Source of the DNA: Flaccisagitta enflata
Lineage: Eukaryota
Assembly (NCBI GenBank): GCA_965153355.1
Contig: OZ231126.1
Coordinates: 19,468,001-19,532,000 of the forward strand
Direction: 5' to 3'
DNA: 64,000 nucleotides
Part shown: positions 25,728 through 39,881 of the stretch, in pieces
Position numbering within the stretch: the first letter of the stretch is position 1
Layout: every line of letters starts with the position of its first letter
Notes under the pieces: model-generated
Seen by the model: only the letters and a program-made list of their open reading frames with translations
What the model was told of the DNA's origin: nothing
The model's database searches: none
Translations under genes and position numbers: made by a program

Positions 25728-26263
25728 CACTTTGGCACGTTGTTTCTCTTGGCCTTGTTCCAACGCTCATAAAAAAAGGTGTCGAACATCGAATCGTTCA
25801 AGAGCAAGATCTTCTCTCTTTTTCCCCCGCTTCTTTTTCTATTCTTTTCTTCCTCCACTTCGTTTTTCTCTCATCTTACTGATGTGTTTGAGAAATCACA
25901 TGCAAATGAGGGCTGGCTGTGGTGGAAAACACGGTTTAGGCAGAGTAGACTTAAGTTATAAAGTTCATTTAAACGCCCATTGATGTCATATACTTTTTTG
26001 ACATTTACTTATCAACGTTTACTTATTTGCTTACTTGCATTTATTTCTTAGAATTTAGAACTTTAGAATGATAAAATTCATCAAGGAACATAGCAATTTT
26101 GTGTCCGAGTCCTTGTTTTTTTCATTGTCGATGTTTTCTTACTAATTTTGCGAAGCTTTCGAAATCTGTTTTTCAGGAATTTTTTTCGTAAAAAAATTTG
26201 TTTGTGGCGTAAAGACGTCGGCTTGGAGATGGCGAGGCACATTTGCGTCAAGAAAAAGCGTGG

Positions 26264-26381
<118 letters not shown>

Positions 26382-26553
26382 TAGAAAGACAGAGAGACAG
26401 ACAGAGACAGCGAGAGAGAGACAGAGAAACAGAGAGGGAGTGACACCTTCACTCGGATGGATAGATAGACAGACAGAAGGTAACAAAGATAGAAACAAGG
26501 ACCGAAAAACATACAGAGTGGTAGCGACATGCACGTACACAAACGCGCGCGCG

Positions 26554-26661
<108 letters not shown>

Positions 26662-28193
26662 CACTTGAAAAAGACAATGAGCGCTATGATACCAAAAGAC
26701 GTCAAGAGACAGACCATCAGGTAGACGGAGAGACAGAGATGGACAGACACAGACGCAGAGACACAATTCACAAACAAGCGGAGACAGAGACAGAGAGAGG
26801 GGAAGAGTCTAGTTGAGAACTGCCGAGTCACATGGCATGACCTCAGTTGACCCGAGGTTGTTAACAACGGCGGGGAAAGGTTAGGCAGACGAGAGGAGAA
26901 AGAATGAACAAGAGAACCAATTTCAACGCCGCAGAACCACAATGGAAGGCAGAAAAAAAGGAAAAAGACGGGAGATGGCAGCCAACGGAAAAAACAAGGA
27001 CGAACAAACAGATGGCAGGCTCAGTGGTGCGAACGGATGGGCAGAAGGGGCGTTGAAAATTCAGCTTCCACGATCCACCTACCCTCTTCTTACCCTATCT
27101 TCCCCCTTTCATTAAAAGGAATACAAGCAAACCCAACTATAACGGATTCAAAAGAAATGGAAATCAAAAGGACACAAATATCTTTGATCACGGATGGACG
27201 GATGGACGGGCGGACGGACGGACGGACGGACGGACGGACGGACGGACGGACGGACGGACGGGCGGACGGACAGATTCCTCCTGTGTTCTACAGGACTTCG
27301 TTTCCTTCGGGGCCGCTGCCCTGCTCCCCTTCAACTTAAATCACACACTACTCAAGCAGGGCACGGGTGCCGCTGATCACTTACTGCCTTTAGGCTGCTC
27401 TTACCATTCCGATCGATCTACCGAGCTTTTTTCATGAGTTGCGTGATGGCGCGTACTTGGCTTGAATAAATGCGCCAGCTTATCGGATCAGGTAAGTGGC
27501 GAGTGAAGCAGCGACGTGTAAAATAAAATTAGAAGCTGGGTTGTTTGAGAACGAAATAGGCGAGTCTTGTAAATAAATGAAGCATATAGATCAATGAAAA
27601 AAAAATGACTAGTGGAACAATATGGTGGAAGAGGAACGATATGGTATTGTACTAATACATGAAGCACTGTTTTCCGAAAAAAGGCACATCGCATCTGCTT
27701 TAAAAGTGTTTTTGTATTTTATGTGTTATAAAAATCCGAACTGACTCCTCGCTGTAAAATGTACTTATCCTTTGTTAACATAGCGCTTGCAATTAACGGA
27801 AAACCATTATCGAGTGGCAAAAACTTTACTTGGTGAGAAAAACCGATTCTTAAACAAATGAGGCAACGCGTCAATAAAGTAATGTAAGTCAAGAGTTACA
27901 GTATTACTTAAATATTGTAAATGGTTTGCAACACCCAGAGATCAGAAAGGGTTTAGGTATTTGCGGCAGTTTTTTAGGCCAACGCTCGCACCTGTATGAT
28001 CGGTTGTGTCTGTTCGTCCGTCGGTCGGTCTCTCCGTCACGCAATTGAGCAAACGTTTGACGATCAACCCGACGCACCTATTGGCCAACTTGGCCTTGTT
28101 TTCATCAGCAATGTCTGATTCTTCCGTCAGCTTCACTTTTCTTGCGCTGGCTGTCGTGCTGTCATGCTACCCCTTGTTGTTGGCCCCTCTTTC

Positions 28194-28261
<68 letters not shown>

Positions 28262-28680
28262 ACCTAATGTGGAGTGGCCAATTTTAGGACCCTTACCATT
28301 TTTCTTTTATCAAAAATCGTTCATCTTCCGTTTTTTAGAAAATTGTTTTTGAGAGCCTAATTTGTATATTGCAGTGGGATAAGAAGATATGCTGATCTTC
28401 TTTGAATTAGCTTTTACAAATTTCTGCTCTTTAAAGAATTGTAAATCTGCCTTTTCACAAGCTCTTTCGTAACTTATGCTCTGATATTTTAATTCATTTT
28501 TACAAAAATTATGATTTTCTAAAACAAACAATTGTTCCTTTTGTAACGAGACTACACAGGATTTTGCTGAATTCTGGGAAATCTGAGGAAACTTTAAGGC
28601 CAAAACAAAAACGGAAGATGAAAGAATTTTGAGAAAAGGAAAACGGTCATCTTCATGATTTTTTTCACTCCATATTGGGT
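28262..28680. mobile_element. Second copy of the 410-bp TIR element
   Basis: ACCTAATGTGGAGTG ... CACTCCATATTGGGT; colinear with 1006-1420. Confidence 0.75.
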
Positions 28681-28700
28681 TAGCGGAACGAGAAGAAAAT

Positions 28701-28770
<70 letters not shown>

Positions 28771-29549
28771 GTTTGCCTAAGCTTTATGTTATGTCGCTAC
28801 TTTGTGTCTTTTGACCTCAATTTGCCCTGGAAAACCTCCAAAATATCTATTTCATACAAGCGTGACTTTGAATGCGGTTTCTTGAAGAAAGAAATGCGAA
28901 AAAGAAAAAGAGAAGTAATTTGATAGTTTTTTTTTTCTTCCTGAAATGGAATGAAAAAACAATAACGACCTGTACGCGCGACCGTTGAAGACAAATATGG
29001 AACGCAGCTCGAACTAAAATGTCGCGTTAGGTTGGACAGGGACGATAAAACAGGAACCACTTGCTAACGAGGGATTTGGCAGACAAACGGACGAAGAAAA
29101 CAGGACCGGATACTCAATATCAGTCTTGTTTAATTTGTCAGGTGATGCATAAGATTGCATTTCCAAAAGGTCTTGGGTGCGTAGCGACGAACCCATGCTC
29201 CACCGTCTGACGGTCCGTTGGAGCATGGGTGGTGATGAGGAGGTGATTAGGGGGTGATAGGTGCTTATTTTTCGTGGTGGTGGGATCCGGAGCACTGTGT
29301 AGGTTAATGGGTGGTGATGAGGAGGTGATTAGGGGGTGATAGGTACTTATTATTCGTGGTGGTGGGATCCGGAGCACTGTGTAGGTTAATGGGTGGTGAT
29401 GAGGAGGTGATTGGGGTTGATAATGATAGGTACTTATTTTTCGTGGTGGTGGGATCCGGAGCACTGTGGGTCGGACACACAATCATATGGAGTCTGCTGC
29501 ACAGTGCACACATGACTCTTCATGTTGTCGCTTTAGAGCATTCAACCAA

Positions 29550-30142
29550 AAATAGTCGCAAAAGCGTCAGATGGTCAGCGGTACCCATTGCCCCTATGTG
29601 AGTGTATGTGGGTGTGAGGTGGTTAGTGGGGCAGCGGCCCCGAGAGGGCTGATGACCTATGCTGTTTTTATTTGAGCTTCAAGGCTGCGATAAGAGCCTG
29701 GAGGCTGAAACTGGGGCCTGGAGGCTGAAATTGGGGCCTGGAGGCTGAAATTAGGGCCTTGAGGCTGGGATTTAAGCTTCAAGGCTGGGATTTGAGCCTC
29801 GAGACTAGGATTTGGGTCTCGAGACTAAGATTTGAGCCTTGAAGCTGGGATTTGAGCCTCCAGGCTTTGATTTGAGCCTGGAGGCTGGGATTTGAACCTC
29901 GCAGCTGATATTTGAGCCTCGAGGTTGAGATTTGAGCTTTATGAGGCTGGGATTTGAGCCTCAAGGCTGGGATTTGAGCCTTGAGGCTGGGATTTGAGCT
30001 TTGAGGCTAGGAATTGGGTCTCGAGGGGGGAAAGAGAAGAAGAGAAGAAGAGAAGAAGAGAAGAAGAGAAGAAGGAGAAAAAGAAATTTCTCCATAAGTG
30101 AAAGCATAGGTCATCAGCTCCTTCGGGGCCGCTGCCCAAAAA
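29550..30142 (-). mobile_element. HINE-like family B element
   Basis: Same termini and 21-bp array as 4621-5220, but the array is in one orientation only. Confidence 0.7.
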
Positions 30143-30693
30143 GCGTTCCTTAAATAATCTTGTGTAAACGTAACTGCTCAAATGTCCAAATGATCATCTC
30201 CACAAAGAACAAATTTGTTTTTACGTCAGCGGGGTTTGGCTTCATGATCATCATTTATAAATAAGCAACGAGAGCTAATGAACACATTTTCATATTTACT
30301 CATAAAGAAATTTCCACAATAAACGATCAAGTCAATAGGAATGCAGCATTTTTTCATGCGTATCTTTTTTGTGATGAAGGCTATAACACCTTGTCACACA
30401 TGTGTCACTAAAAATTAACATAGTTGACAACAGCTGAAAACCGTAAATCATACCTTTTATATGATCGAAAAAAAAATGTCAAATTCTAAGCTTGGTGCTT
30501 GGAGAGAGTAGATGCAACCGTTATGGGCTTACATTAATTTTACTCATGTTTACTCCTTTAGGCGCTTAGTTTTTACCGGGCCAGTTTATTGTAAAAATTG
30601 AAATCAAATAAAACAAGGCCAAGTAGGCCAATAAGGTGCGACGTGTGGATCGTCGAACGAATGCGGTACCCGACAGACCAACTAACCGACCGA

Positions 30694-30748
<55 letters not shown>

Positions 30749-30804
30749 TGTGTCCGCCCTTCCGTCCGCGACGCTATTGTCACGTCCGGTTCGGGGTTAC
30801 TTGT

Positions 30805-31386
<582 letters not shown>

Positions 31387-31408
31387 TTAATGGATAGATA
31401 GATAAATC

Positions 31409-31474
<66 letters not shown>

Positions 31475-31586
31475 AAGAAAGGAAAAAAAGAAAGGAAAAA
31501 AAGATAGATAGGTAGATCTAGGTAGATAGATTCCCATCAATATTCCCCATCTACCCGAACATTTCCGTCAACTTCTCCGATCTTAC

Positions 31587-32883
31587 CAAATGCGTAAATT
31601 CCATCACGGACTCTTATCCCGAGGCCCAACGTGTTGTGAATCTCGACAAAATCGTTGAAATAGTCCCTTCCCGTCGCGGATCTGTATTCCTCCGCCGCTC
31701 GGACAAAGTTTCTCCATTTCTCCGGCCAATCGTCTTCGAAGGCGAACACTTGCAGATGCGGATGCATCTGAGAAGCGCCGGCCGAGGGCGACGAGTCCAT
31801 CGTCAAAACGCGACGCAGCCGTTGTCTCTGTCGACGAGGCATTGCAGATCTCGAGGCGGTGTTGGAAGAAGTTACTGTAGCGTCGGCTTCTCGAAACCAT
31901 CGAATCGCCGTTTCGGCCATTCTTCGGAAATCGGAGCGATCGAGATCGACGATAGAATGCTGATTGGCGAAGACGAGTCCGTGGAATCGAGTGGCGGGGA
32001 AAGCGTTACCAGATGACGCCGCCGCGAAAAGGTCTTCCTCGACGCTAACTGGTTTCTTACTGTAACCGGAAGAATCTGCTTGGGCCGCTAAAACTCTCGT
32101 TCTTTTATCAACGGAGGGTGAGGATGAAGTTGCGAACGCCCATCTTTTCCTCTTCTTCTTTCTCTTCCGCTTCTTCCTCTTTTGAGTTTCTGCAGCTGCA
32201 ACGCTCTTCACAACTTCTCCGTTGAACTCCGAGATGATCACGTGACCGCCGTTTGACTTTAGGAAAGCGTTTCCGACAGTTTCCGAGCGGAACCGGCAGA
32301 AGGGGCAATTCTCCGCCGAAGCGTAAGCCAAGGATCTCAGTTTCGAGGCTTCGCTGTTGTCGTCGTCGTTTTCCGTCCCCGGCCGCTTACCCCGCAGCGC
32401 GTTCCACGAAGCTTCTTCCTTCGTCCATTTGTTACGCACGCGGACGATGCGCTGTCGAGAAGCGGAAGCGGCTGCGGAAGCGACGTCTTTGGCGCGGAAC
32501 CACGTGGCGTATAACCGCGCCATTGACGGCGGGACCAACGAATTGGCGTACAGCGATTCAACTTCAAATATGGAGGAGATCAATTTGCAGGTCAAGGAGC
32601 AAGAAGAAGAAGAAGAAGAAGAAGAAGAAGAAGAAGAAGAAGAAGAAGAAGAAGAAGAAGAAGAAGAAGAAGAAGAAGAAAAAGAAGAAGACATGAATTG
32701 GCTTAAATTAGAGAGGCTACTGATATTGGAGAGGGAGTCACAAGGTTTAAGAGAGATGACACGATGATATTCAAGTGAAGAAAGGCGTCGACTCTTCCTC
32801 AGGGGCCGCGGCTGCGACTGCAATTGCTGTTGCAACGGCGGGTGCTGCTGCTGCGACTGTGGCTGCTGTTTCGTCAATTTCAT
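31587..32883 (-). CDS. Main exon of a GalT/HIT-superfamily nucleotidyltransferase-like protein
   Basis: RGKRP, CPFC (Zn-ligand-like) and AGASQMHPHLQ (HxHxQ) motifs; donor TTTG|GTAAGA. A pyrimidine-rich CCCAG acceptor 30 nt upstream of the ATG is in frame, so an upstream exon is possible. Confidence 0.8.
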
Positions 32884-33407
32884 CGTCTTGGGCGGAATGA
32901 TTTCCCGTATATGCTGGGATATGGTGAAATGATAATGGAGTGAACGAATGAGTATTGAGTAAATGAAAAAACAAATAAATGAATGAATGAGCTCTTAATT
33001 CATGTGTAAGCGACTCAAGAGATTTGTCGGTCGGTCAATCGGTCTATCTCTGTCAGCCTGTCAGTCGTTAGCTTTTTTTAACTGTGAGTAAAAGAATAAA
33101 TGTCATTATGAAAGATTGATTGTAGCACGGCAGTGGGATGAAGAGAAAGAAACCGAGACTAAGCCAAGCCAAAGAAAAGGAGGAATAGAGGAAGACGCGA
33201 GCGATTTTCAGGAAAGAATTTTGTTCAAAGAATGATAGCACAGCTCCATAATGCTTACTTTGTTCCGCACTATGTGCTGATCATAGATGAACATCTTGAC
33301 CATTAAAATCGGAAATAGGCTCAAAATCAAAAGGATGCCGGCGGCCGAGCGTGCGTTGAATAACATGCTGTAAGCAGATTGAGATCCTTAGACAATATCG
33401 GTGAGAC

Positions 33408-33503
33408 ATTAGGGCATTAGGGCATTAGGACATTAGGACATTAGGACATTAGGACATTAGGACATTAGGACATTAGGCATTAGGACATTAGGGCATTAGG
33501 GCA
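33408..33503. repeat. (GGACATTA)n 8-bp tandem repeat
   Basis: Seen directly. Confidence 0.9.
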
Positions 33504-33981
33504 GTTAAAAGGCGGCACTTCGCGCTGCGTCCTTAGTACGTTAATTCGTTGATCCACTCATTATTCTGTCAGTGCATCAGTCCGTCCGTCCGTCATGATT
33601 TAATTATGTAGATAAGGAAGTATGTAAGTTATGTAGATCTTTTATCAATTATAAGGACATTTCTGTCATTGCTAACGTGGGAAACAGCAAGAAATGATAT
33701 GAAGGGATTAGGATTTCATATCTGTTATGAAGAGTCCTAAAAAATGACAGTCTTAAAAGTAGCTTTCGAGGTTTCGACAGCCGCATGATAACTCAAATGG
33801 GACCTTTGAGGGGGTTATAGAGCCCTTAAGCTGATCCTCGCTGCTGGTTCATTAAGGACGATGATTTCTTTTAACATAATAAAAAGAAAAATAATGGCAA
33901 ACACTTTGGAATGATAGAAATTTTTTAAGATTTATTCTATTGTGTCAAAGCAAGCTCAACAGGCCCCCTAACAGGCCCCGT

Positions 33982-35119
33982 TTGGGTGTGTCAATATGCA
34001 AAAGGTCTTCTGATGCATGATCCGCTCATCACCATCAAGGAGTATGAAGACAATAATTACAAAACACTCACCATTTTTATTTTTTTCAATTTCAATCATC
34101 TTCCGTTTTTTTAGCACATGTAAAGATTGTCAAAAATATATATACTTTTAGCGACTGCACCTAGTTTTGTTAAAAATGATACTGATATAGCATTTAGAAA
34201 ATTATATTTTTTCCATAACTAAGTCTTCTTGTATAAAAGCAGAAATTTTTCACTAATTTTTTATAGTAAAAGGAATAAGGAAACCAATGAGTTTTGATTT
34301 TTTTCCTTGTCATCAATACCAGATGCAAAACCAGCTGCACTACAATATACAAATTAGCGGCTAAATGGGGATTTAGAAAAAAACCGAAGACAAATGAAAT
34401 TTGCAAAAAGAATAGTCGCAAAAGCGTTAGATGGTCAGTGGTACCCGTGCCCTGCCTAAGTGAGTTGTGGTTGAAGTTGAGGAGGGAGCAGGGCAGCGCC
34501 CCAAAGGGGTCGATGACCTATGCTTTCACACATATGGGGGATTTTCTCCTCCTCCACCCCCCCCCTCAAATCCCAGTCTCGAGGCCCAAATTCCAGTCTT
34601 GAGGCCCAAATCCCAGCCTTGAGGCCCGAATTCCAGCCTCAAGGCCCAAATCCTAGCCTCAAGGCCCAAATCCTAGCCTCAAGGCCCAAATCCTAGCCTC
34701 AAGGCTAAAATCCTAGCCTCAAGGCCCAAATCCTAGCCTGGAGGCTGAGATTTGGGCCTTAATGCCACGATCTGGCCCTCTTGGCTGAGATTTTGACCTT
34801 GAGGCTAAGATTTGGGCTTCAAGACTGAAATTTGGGCCTCCAGGCTAGGGTTTGGGCCTTGAGGCTAGGATTTGGGCCTTGAGGCTAGAATTTGGGCCTC
34901 AAGATTGGAATTTGGGCCTCGAGACTGGGATTTGAGGGGGGGGACATAGGAGAAGGAGAAAATCCCCCATATGTGTGAAAGCATAGATTATCGACCCCTT
35001 TGGGGCCGCTGCCCAAAAATGGTATGTGTCTTAGAATTAATGTTTTACCACTCCCTGATGATGATGATCTGATCAAAAAACCTTTTGCATATTGACACTG
35101 TGTCAATGACACACCCGAA
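33982..35119. mobile_element. TIR element with 8-bp TSD and a nested family B element (34410-35018)
   Basis: GGGTGTGTCAATATGCAAAAGG ... CCTTTTGCATATTGACAC/GACACACCCGAA; flanks GGCCCCGT / GGCCCCAT. Other copies at 58237-58738 and from about 63642 to the window end. Confidence 0.7.
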
Positions 35120-35703
35120 GGCCCCATACAGGATGTAAGGAGGCATAAACCTATCCGAAGAAGTTGAAATTGTATTTAGATGGTGATGGATAAGATGATT
35201 AACGAGATCAGATCTATCTAAATAAGGGCTCCGTTTGGGCCCCTTATGAGCCCCTTTAGAGGCTTTATGGGCCCTTTTTGCCTATTAAGGCAAAAAATTG
35301 ATGTTCTAAAGTTTTCTTTGGAAAGCCAATTCAAGCTGTCATTTTCCCTTTAAATAGCTTTAAGCAGACCTCTAATAATGGCAAAAGATCTTTTTAATGA
35401 ACAATCAATTTATAAGCAAATCAACTGAAGATGTCCACTAACCATGTGTGTGTTGTGATTTGTGAATGAATGAATGAATGAATGAATGAATGAATGAATG
35501 AATGAATGAATGAATGAATGAATGAATGAATGAATGAATGAATGAAATATTGATATTATCTCAGTAATTACGTCTAGACGTCTCATTATGAATAAGTCAT
35601 GGTGAAATTTGGACGATTGTTGTTGAGGCATAATTCTCTCCTGGCATCAACCACTTTACCTTTACTTTCTCTTTCTCTCTCACTCTCATTTGCATTTTTC
35701 TTC

Positions 35704-35745
35704 TCCCCTGAAGAAGGCTGATGTCTTTCGGTCGAAATATTGGGA
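35704..35745 (+). ncRNA. Minimal type I hammerhead ribozyme motif (Penelope-like element pLTR relic)
   Basis: UCCC-CUGAAGA-A-GGCUGA(UGUCUU)UCGGUC-GAAA-UAU-U-GGGA: both core boxes, 6-bp stem II, palindromic AUAU stem III and 4-bp stem I; AATAAA about 35 nt downstream. Confidence 0.65.
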
Positions 35746-35919
35746 ATGATCATATATCAACATGTGTTTATGATCCGTCTAATAAACGAATTATGTCATT
35801 ATGAATAGTATGAATAAGATAAATGAAATGATGAAATGAATGAAATGAAATAAATGAGTGCATTGAATGAATGATATATTTTCTTCAAATCAATTTTTTT
35901 AAAAAACTGAAGTATTGTT

Positions 35920-37412
35920 TCATTCATTCAGCCGCATATTCTGTATGGGCTTCCTGCTTGGGGAGGATGCAACTCTCAAACCAGTGAAAAATGATTACAA
36001 TCCAAAAGAGGGCCATCAGGACGATCACTAAGTCCTACTTCTCTGCACACACAGAGCCCGGGATGAAAGAGCTGGGACTCCTCAAATTTTCCGATCTTTA
36101 CGAGCAACAATGTCTTATGCTTTACTCACGATTGTTTCTACCATAGAGCCCCCAAAACGATAGCTGAACGCATCAGAACACCACGAAATCTGAGGTGAGA
36201 TTAAAACCCGGAGTATACTCGGGTATGCTTGGGTATGCAGACCTCTTGATTATGATTTTCTACCAGGCAGCAGGATTTGTACCCAAAAATCTTCCGACAG
36301 ACCATCTGGTCTAACACAAAACAAAAAATTACCATAAAATGGGGTTTCAGCTTAATCAGCTATCAAAAACACTTTCATCATTGGTCTATTCTAGTCGCGT
36401 GCACGTGACTCTGTTGCTCTGTCAGTCCATCCATCTGTCCGTCCATCCATGAATTGGTCCATCCATGAATTGGTCCATCCATATATCGGTCACATTAAAT
36501 TTTTTTTCTTTTTTGGGTATTTCAAGGTTAAGTCGTTTCTATAGAAAAAATCAACATTGCTAATCTCTTGGTCAGTTGGTGGGAAGGAAGGAAGGACGGT
36601 AGGAAAGAAGGAAGGAAGGAAGGAAGGAAGGGGGGAAAGAATGCCAGGAAGGGAAGGGAAGCATGTTACTGTTGGCCTGTGAAGTCAATTTCATGATTTC
36701 AAAAAAAAAAAAACAAAAAAAAAAAAGAGATGCCCTCTTTTTCTCATTTTTCTAATCTTTCTTTTTTTTCTATTTCATTTTTCATCTTTTCTTTTTTCTT
36801 TTCTTTTTTTCTTTTTTCCTTTTTTTTTTTTTCCTTCTTTTCTTTTTTTTTCTGCTTCTTTTTTCTTCTATCTTTTCCTTTTATCCTTCCTTCCAAACCT
36901 TCCGACATGCCCCCTTCCCTTCCGAGCAGCGGCGCTGCACGCTGCAACATAATCAAGAGGTCTGTGGGTATGCTCGGGTATTGCTTGGGTATTGCTCAGG
37001 CATTGCTCGGGTATTGCTCAGGTATTGCTCGGGTATTTCTTGGGTATTGCTAGGGTATTGCTAGGGTATTACTTGGGTATTGTTTGGGTATGGTTGGGTA
37101 TACCTGGGTATTACTTTGGTATTGCTTTGGTATCGCTTGGGTATGCTCGGGTATTTTTCTATTACAGATTACCAGGTGCAGTATGCCAAATATAGATTAT
37201 AATCTACGGGGGCAGGCCCAAAACCCAGGCCGCAACCAGCAGCTTTAGTGCTAAGGCCCCAGCATTTTGGAATAATACCCCGGTAGAGCTAAGGAAAATT
37301 GATCAAAAACCTCTCTTTAAAAGAAATCTTAAAAAATTTATTTTGAATAGATATGATCAGAAAACTGACTGCATTAACCCCAGGTGTAGAGACCATAGGC
37401 ACCATACCTAAA
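35920..37412 (+). mobile_element. 5'-truncated, frameshifted LINE ORF2 C-terminus (L2/Crack/CR1-group-like), split by about 1 kb of insertions
   Basis: 35920-36195: SFIQPHILYGLPAWG / IQKRAIRTITKSYFSAHTEPGMKELGLLKFSDLY. 37195-37412: SFSAKAPAFWNNTPVELRK...FKRNLKKFILNRY...CINPRC...*. Confidence 0.8.
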
Positions 37413-38086
37413 AGAAGCTAACTAGGTCAGGTTTGGTTAAGTTAGGATAGGGACTTACTAGGTTAGGTTTTGCTGCGGATTTTTCACCAGCCATCTATCA
37501 CCATCCGTTCAAACTACCGTCAGGTGGTTTTCAGTATTACTCTGGATTTTCCGCTTGTTTGCACTCAATATGGACCTCCTGAACAAGAATCCAGCTTCAA
37601 AAAATCTTTTTTGTGGCGCCTTTTGAAAAAAATCCAAAATTGATTGTTTTTTCTCTTATTTTGAAATCAGAATTTTAGGGCTGTTAGTAGAGGGGTCAAA
37701 CGCTAATTTGCATAATTTTGTCACATCAATTTTTCTTTTCATTTCCTTTTGTTCACATTGCTACTAGTCATTTGCGACAATTTTCGAGCCATGAGACCAT
37801 ATATACTGCTCTGTAAACAATGGGGTGAAAATGACACATGCACTGGTTTTCCTGCCTGGCATGACATGTGAGGTAGAATGCCACTAAAAATTACCAAAAG
37901 TGCTTAAAACTTGTTCAAATATGTAAGTTAGTGTAGAATACATAAATTTTCACAGTCTAATTCATTTTTCCATGATCCCAAGTATGAACATGGTGAATAA
38001 CCATTTCTATTTAAGGAGCCAGTTTGGTATTCTTCAAGATATTCCTGACGTCTTTTGTTTTCAAGTCTTTTTAAAAGGCTTTTTAT

Positions 38087-38172
38087 TTAGGGTTAGTGGT
38101 GAGGTTAGGGTTAGGGATGGGTTAGGGGATGGTTTTAGGGTTAGGGTTAGGGATAGGGCTGGCGTTAGGGCT
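38087..38172 (+). repeat. Degenerate interstitial (TTAGGG)n repeat
   Basis: About 14 TTAGGG-like units seen directly. Confidence 0.75.
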
Positions 38173-38839
38173 AGTGGAGGATTTTTTTTATCTATAACTG
38201 CCGAAATATGGTCGAATATAAGCTTTGTCCAAGCGGGATATTCGAGGCCAGATACAATGGGACAGTCACGGACGGTTGGGCAGGAGCAGTAAAGCGAAAA
38301 CCGCCCGGAATTCAAAAATGTGACAGACCGACGGGCCGACAGACCGACAGACCGACAGGCCGACAGACCGACGGGCAGACAGACCAATGGACCTACCAAT
38401 CGACACGGCAAGGTGTAGAGTCGCTTGTCAACGACTAAAAACAAATGACACAATATGCTTGAACATCGCCCCAAGTTCTTTAAGTTTTTTTTCATTTCTG
38501 TGAAAGAAAATTGCATTTCGTTAACAAGCCAGGCTGGATGCACGGCTTCCCCAGTTGCATGCAAGTGAGAGGGTCAGTGACTGAGGTCACTGAAGCATTT
38601 GGGCAGGAGCGGTGAATGTATAAACGCCAAAAAATAAAAAAAAGAGGATGGCTTTGAGTTGAGTCACATAGCACCTGTCTAAAAGGGAGGTTAATTGCGG
38701 TTTGTCATTTCACGTACTAGCAACTCTAAAAGAAGTTTTTTCTGTCTGTCCATCTGTCTATTCCTCTGTCCATCAGTCCATCCGTAACGAATAAGTCAAA
38801 AATGATAATGTGCATTTGAGATGCCGAGCGTTCAAATAA

Positions 38840-38931
<92 letters not shown>

Positions 38932-39881
38932 GTGTGCATGTGTGTATGAGTGTAAGTGTGTGTGTGCTATGGAGAGTGGTTGTGCGCTCCTGCTTATCCG
39001 TCTGCAACAACATTTTAACTCATATATAACTCATGAAAAAAAAGAATTTTGCTCATTTCCTTCAATTTTTTTTTACATTTAGAACCCTTGAGAGCCCCAT
39101 AGGAGGGCCCCTGGGGCCCCTGGGGGGCCCAGGAGCCCGTTATTCATCAGTGCTTCTTCTTCTACACTTGACTGGTGGGCCGGAGATGCGTTGCAGTACT
39201 AAAGAGCGGAAAAAAGAATTTCGTTCTGTTTTTCCCTTGATTTGATATTTTTGGTACTGATAGACCCTGCTTAAAGCTAAATCGCGTGGCGCCGCGTGAC
39301 ATTTAAGCTCATCCAAAAACAGTTTTAGAACCCTCAAGGGGTGGTCTATAAGCCTGACCCTGAACTTTTCGAGTCCATGTAAAAATCTGTCCATGCTGAC
39401 AGGTTAAAAACTCCTTAGTTATTTTTGCAAATATTGCATTAAATTTTTGGAGAAAAAAACTACATACATTCATTCCCCAGTGTCAAATGAGTCCAAATCA
39501 TATACAAAAGACATGTTTTAACTTAGTTTAACAAAATATAAAACGATTTGATTGGATACAAATTCGAAAATAGCGCTCACCTACACTGTGTCTCCTTAAA
39601 TGTTTTCTATACGTCTAAGCATAAATCGAAACAATACTTTTTTATTAACATTTTACATCATTCGAATCGTCTCAGCGTCCTCGATATCACTGTCAAAAAT
39701 TTTTTTTTCGTTTTCTGATCATTTTGAGCCTAAAATTAAACAAATCAACCCATGTTTTGATATAAAACAGATAGTGTAAACAAAGCTGGTTCCACGGATT
39801 TACCCCTCTACTGTTAGAAGATACTTTTAAATAGCATATCTGAATTCCTGATGAAATTTCCTTTCATTTGATAGGTCGCAC

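Noticed and set aside
32253-32767. Plus-strand poly-Lys and poly-Glu ORFs
   Set aside because: Antisense to the poly-Ser (TCT)n tract of the GalT-like exon.
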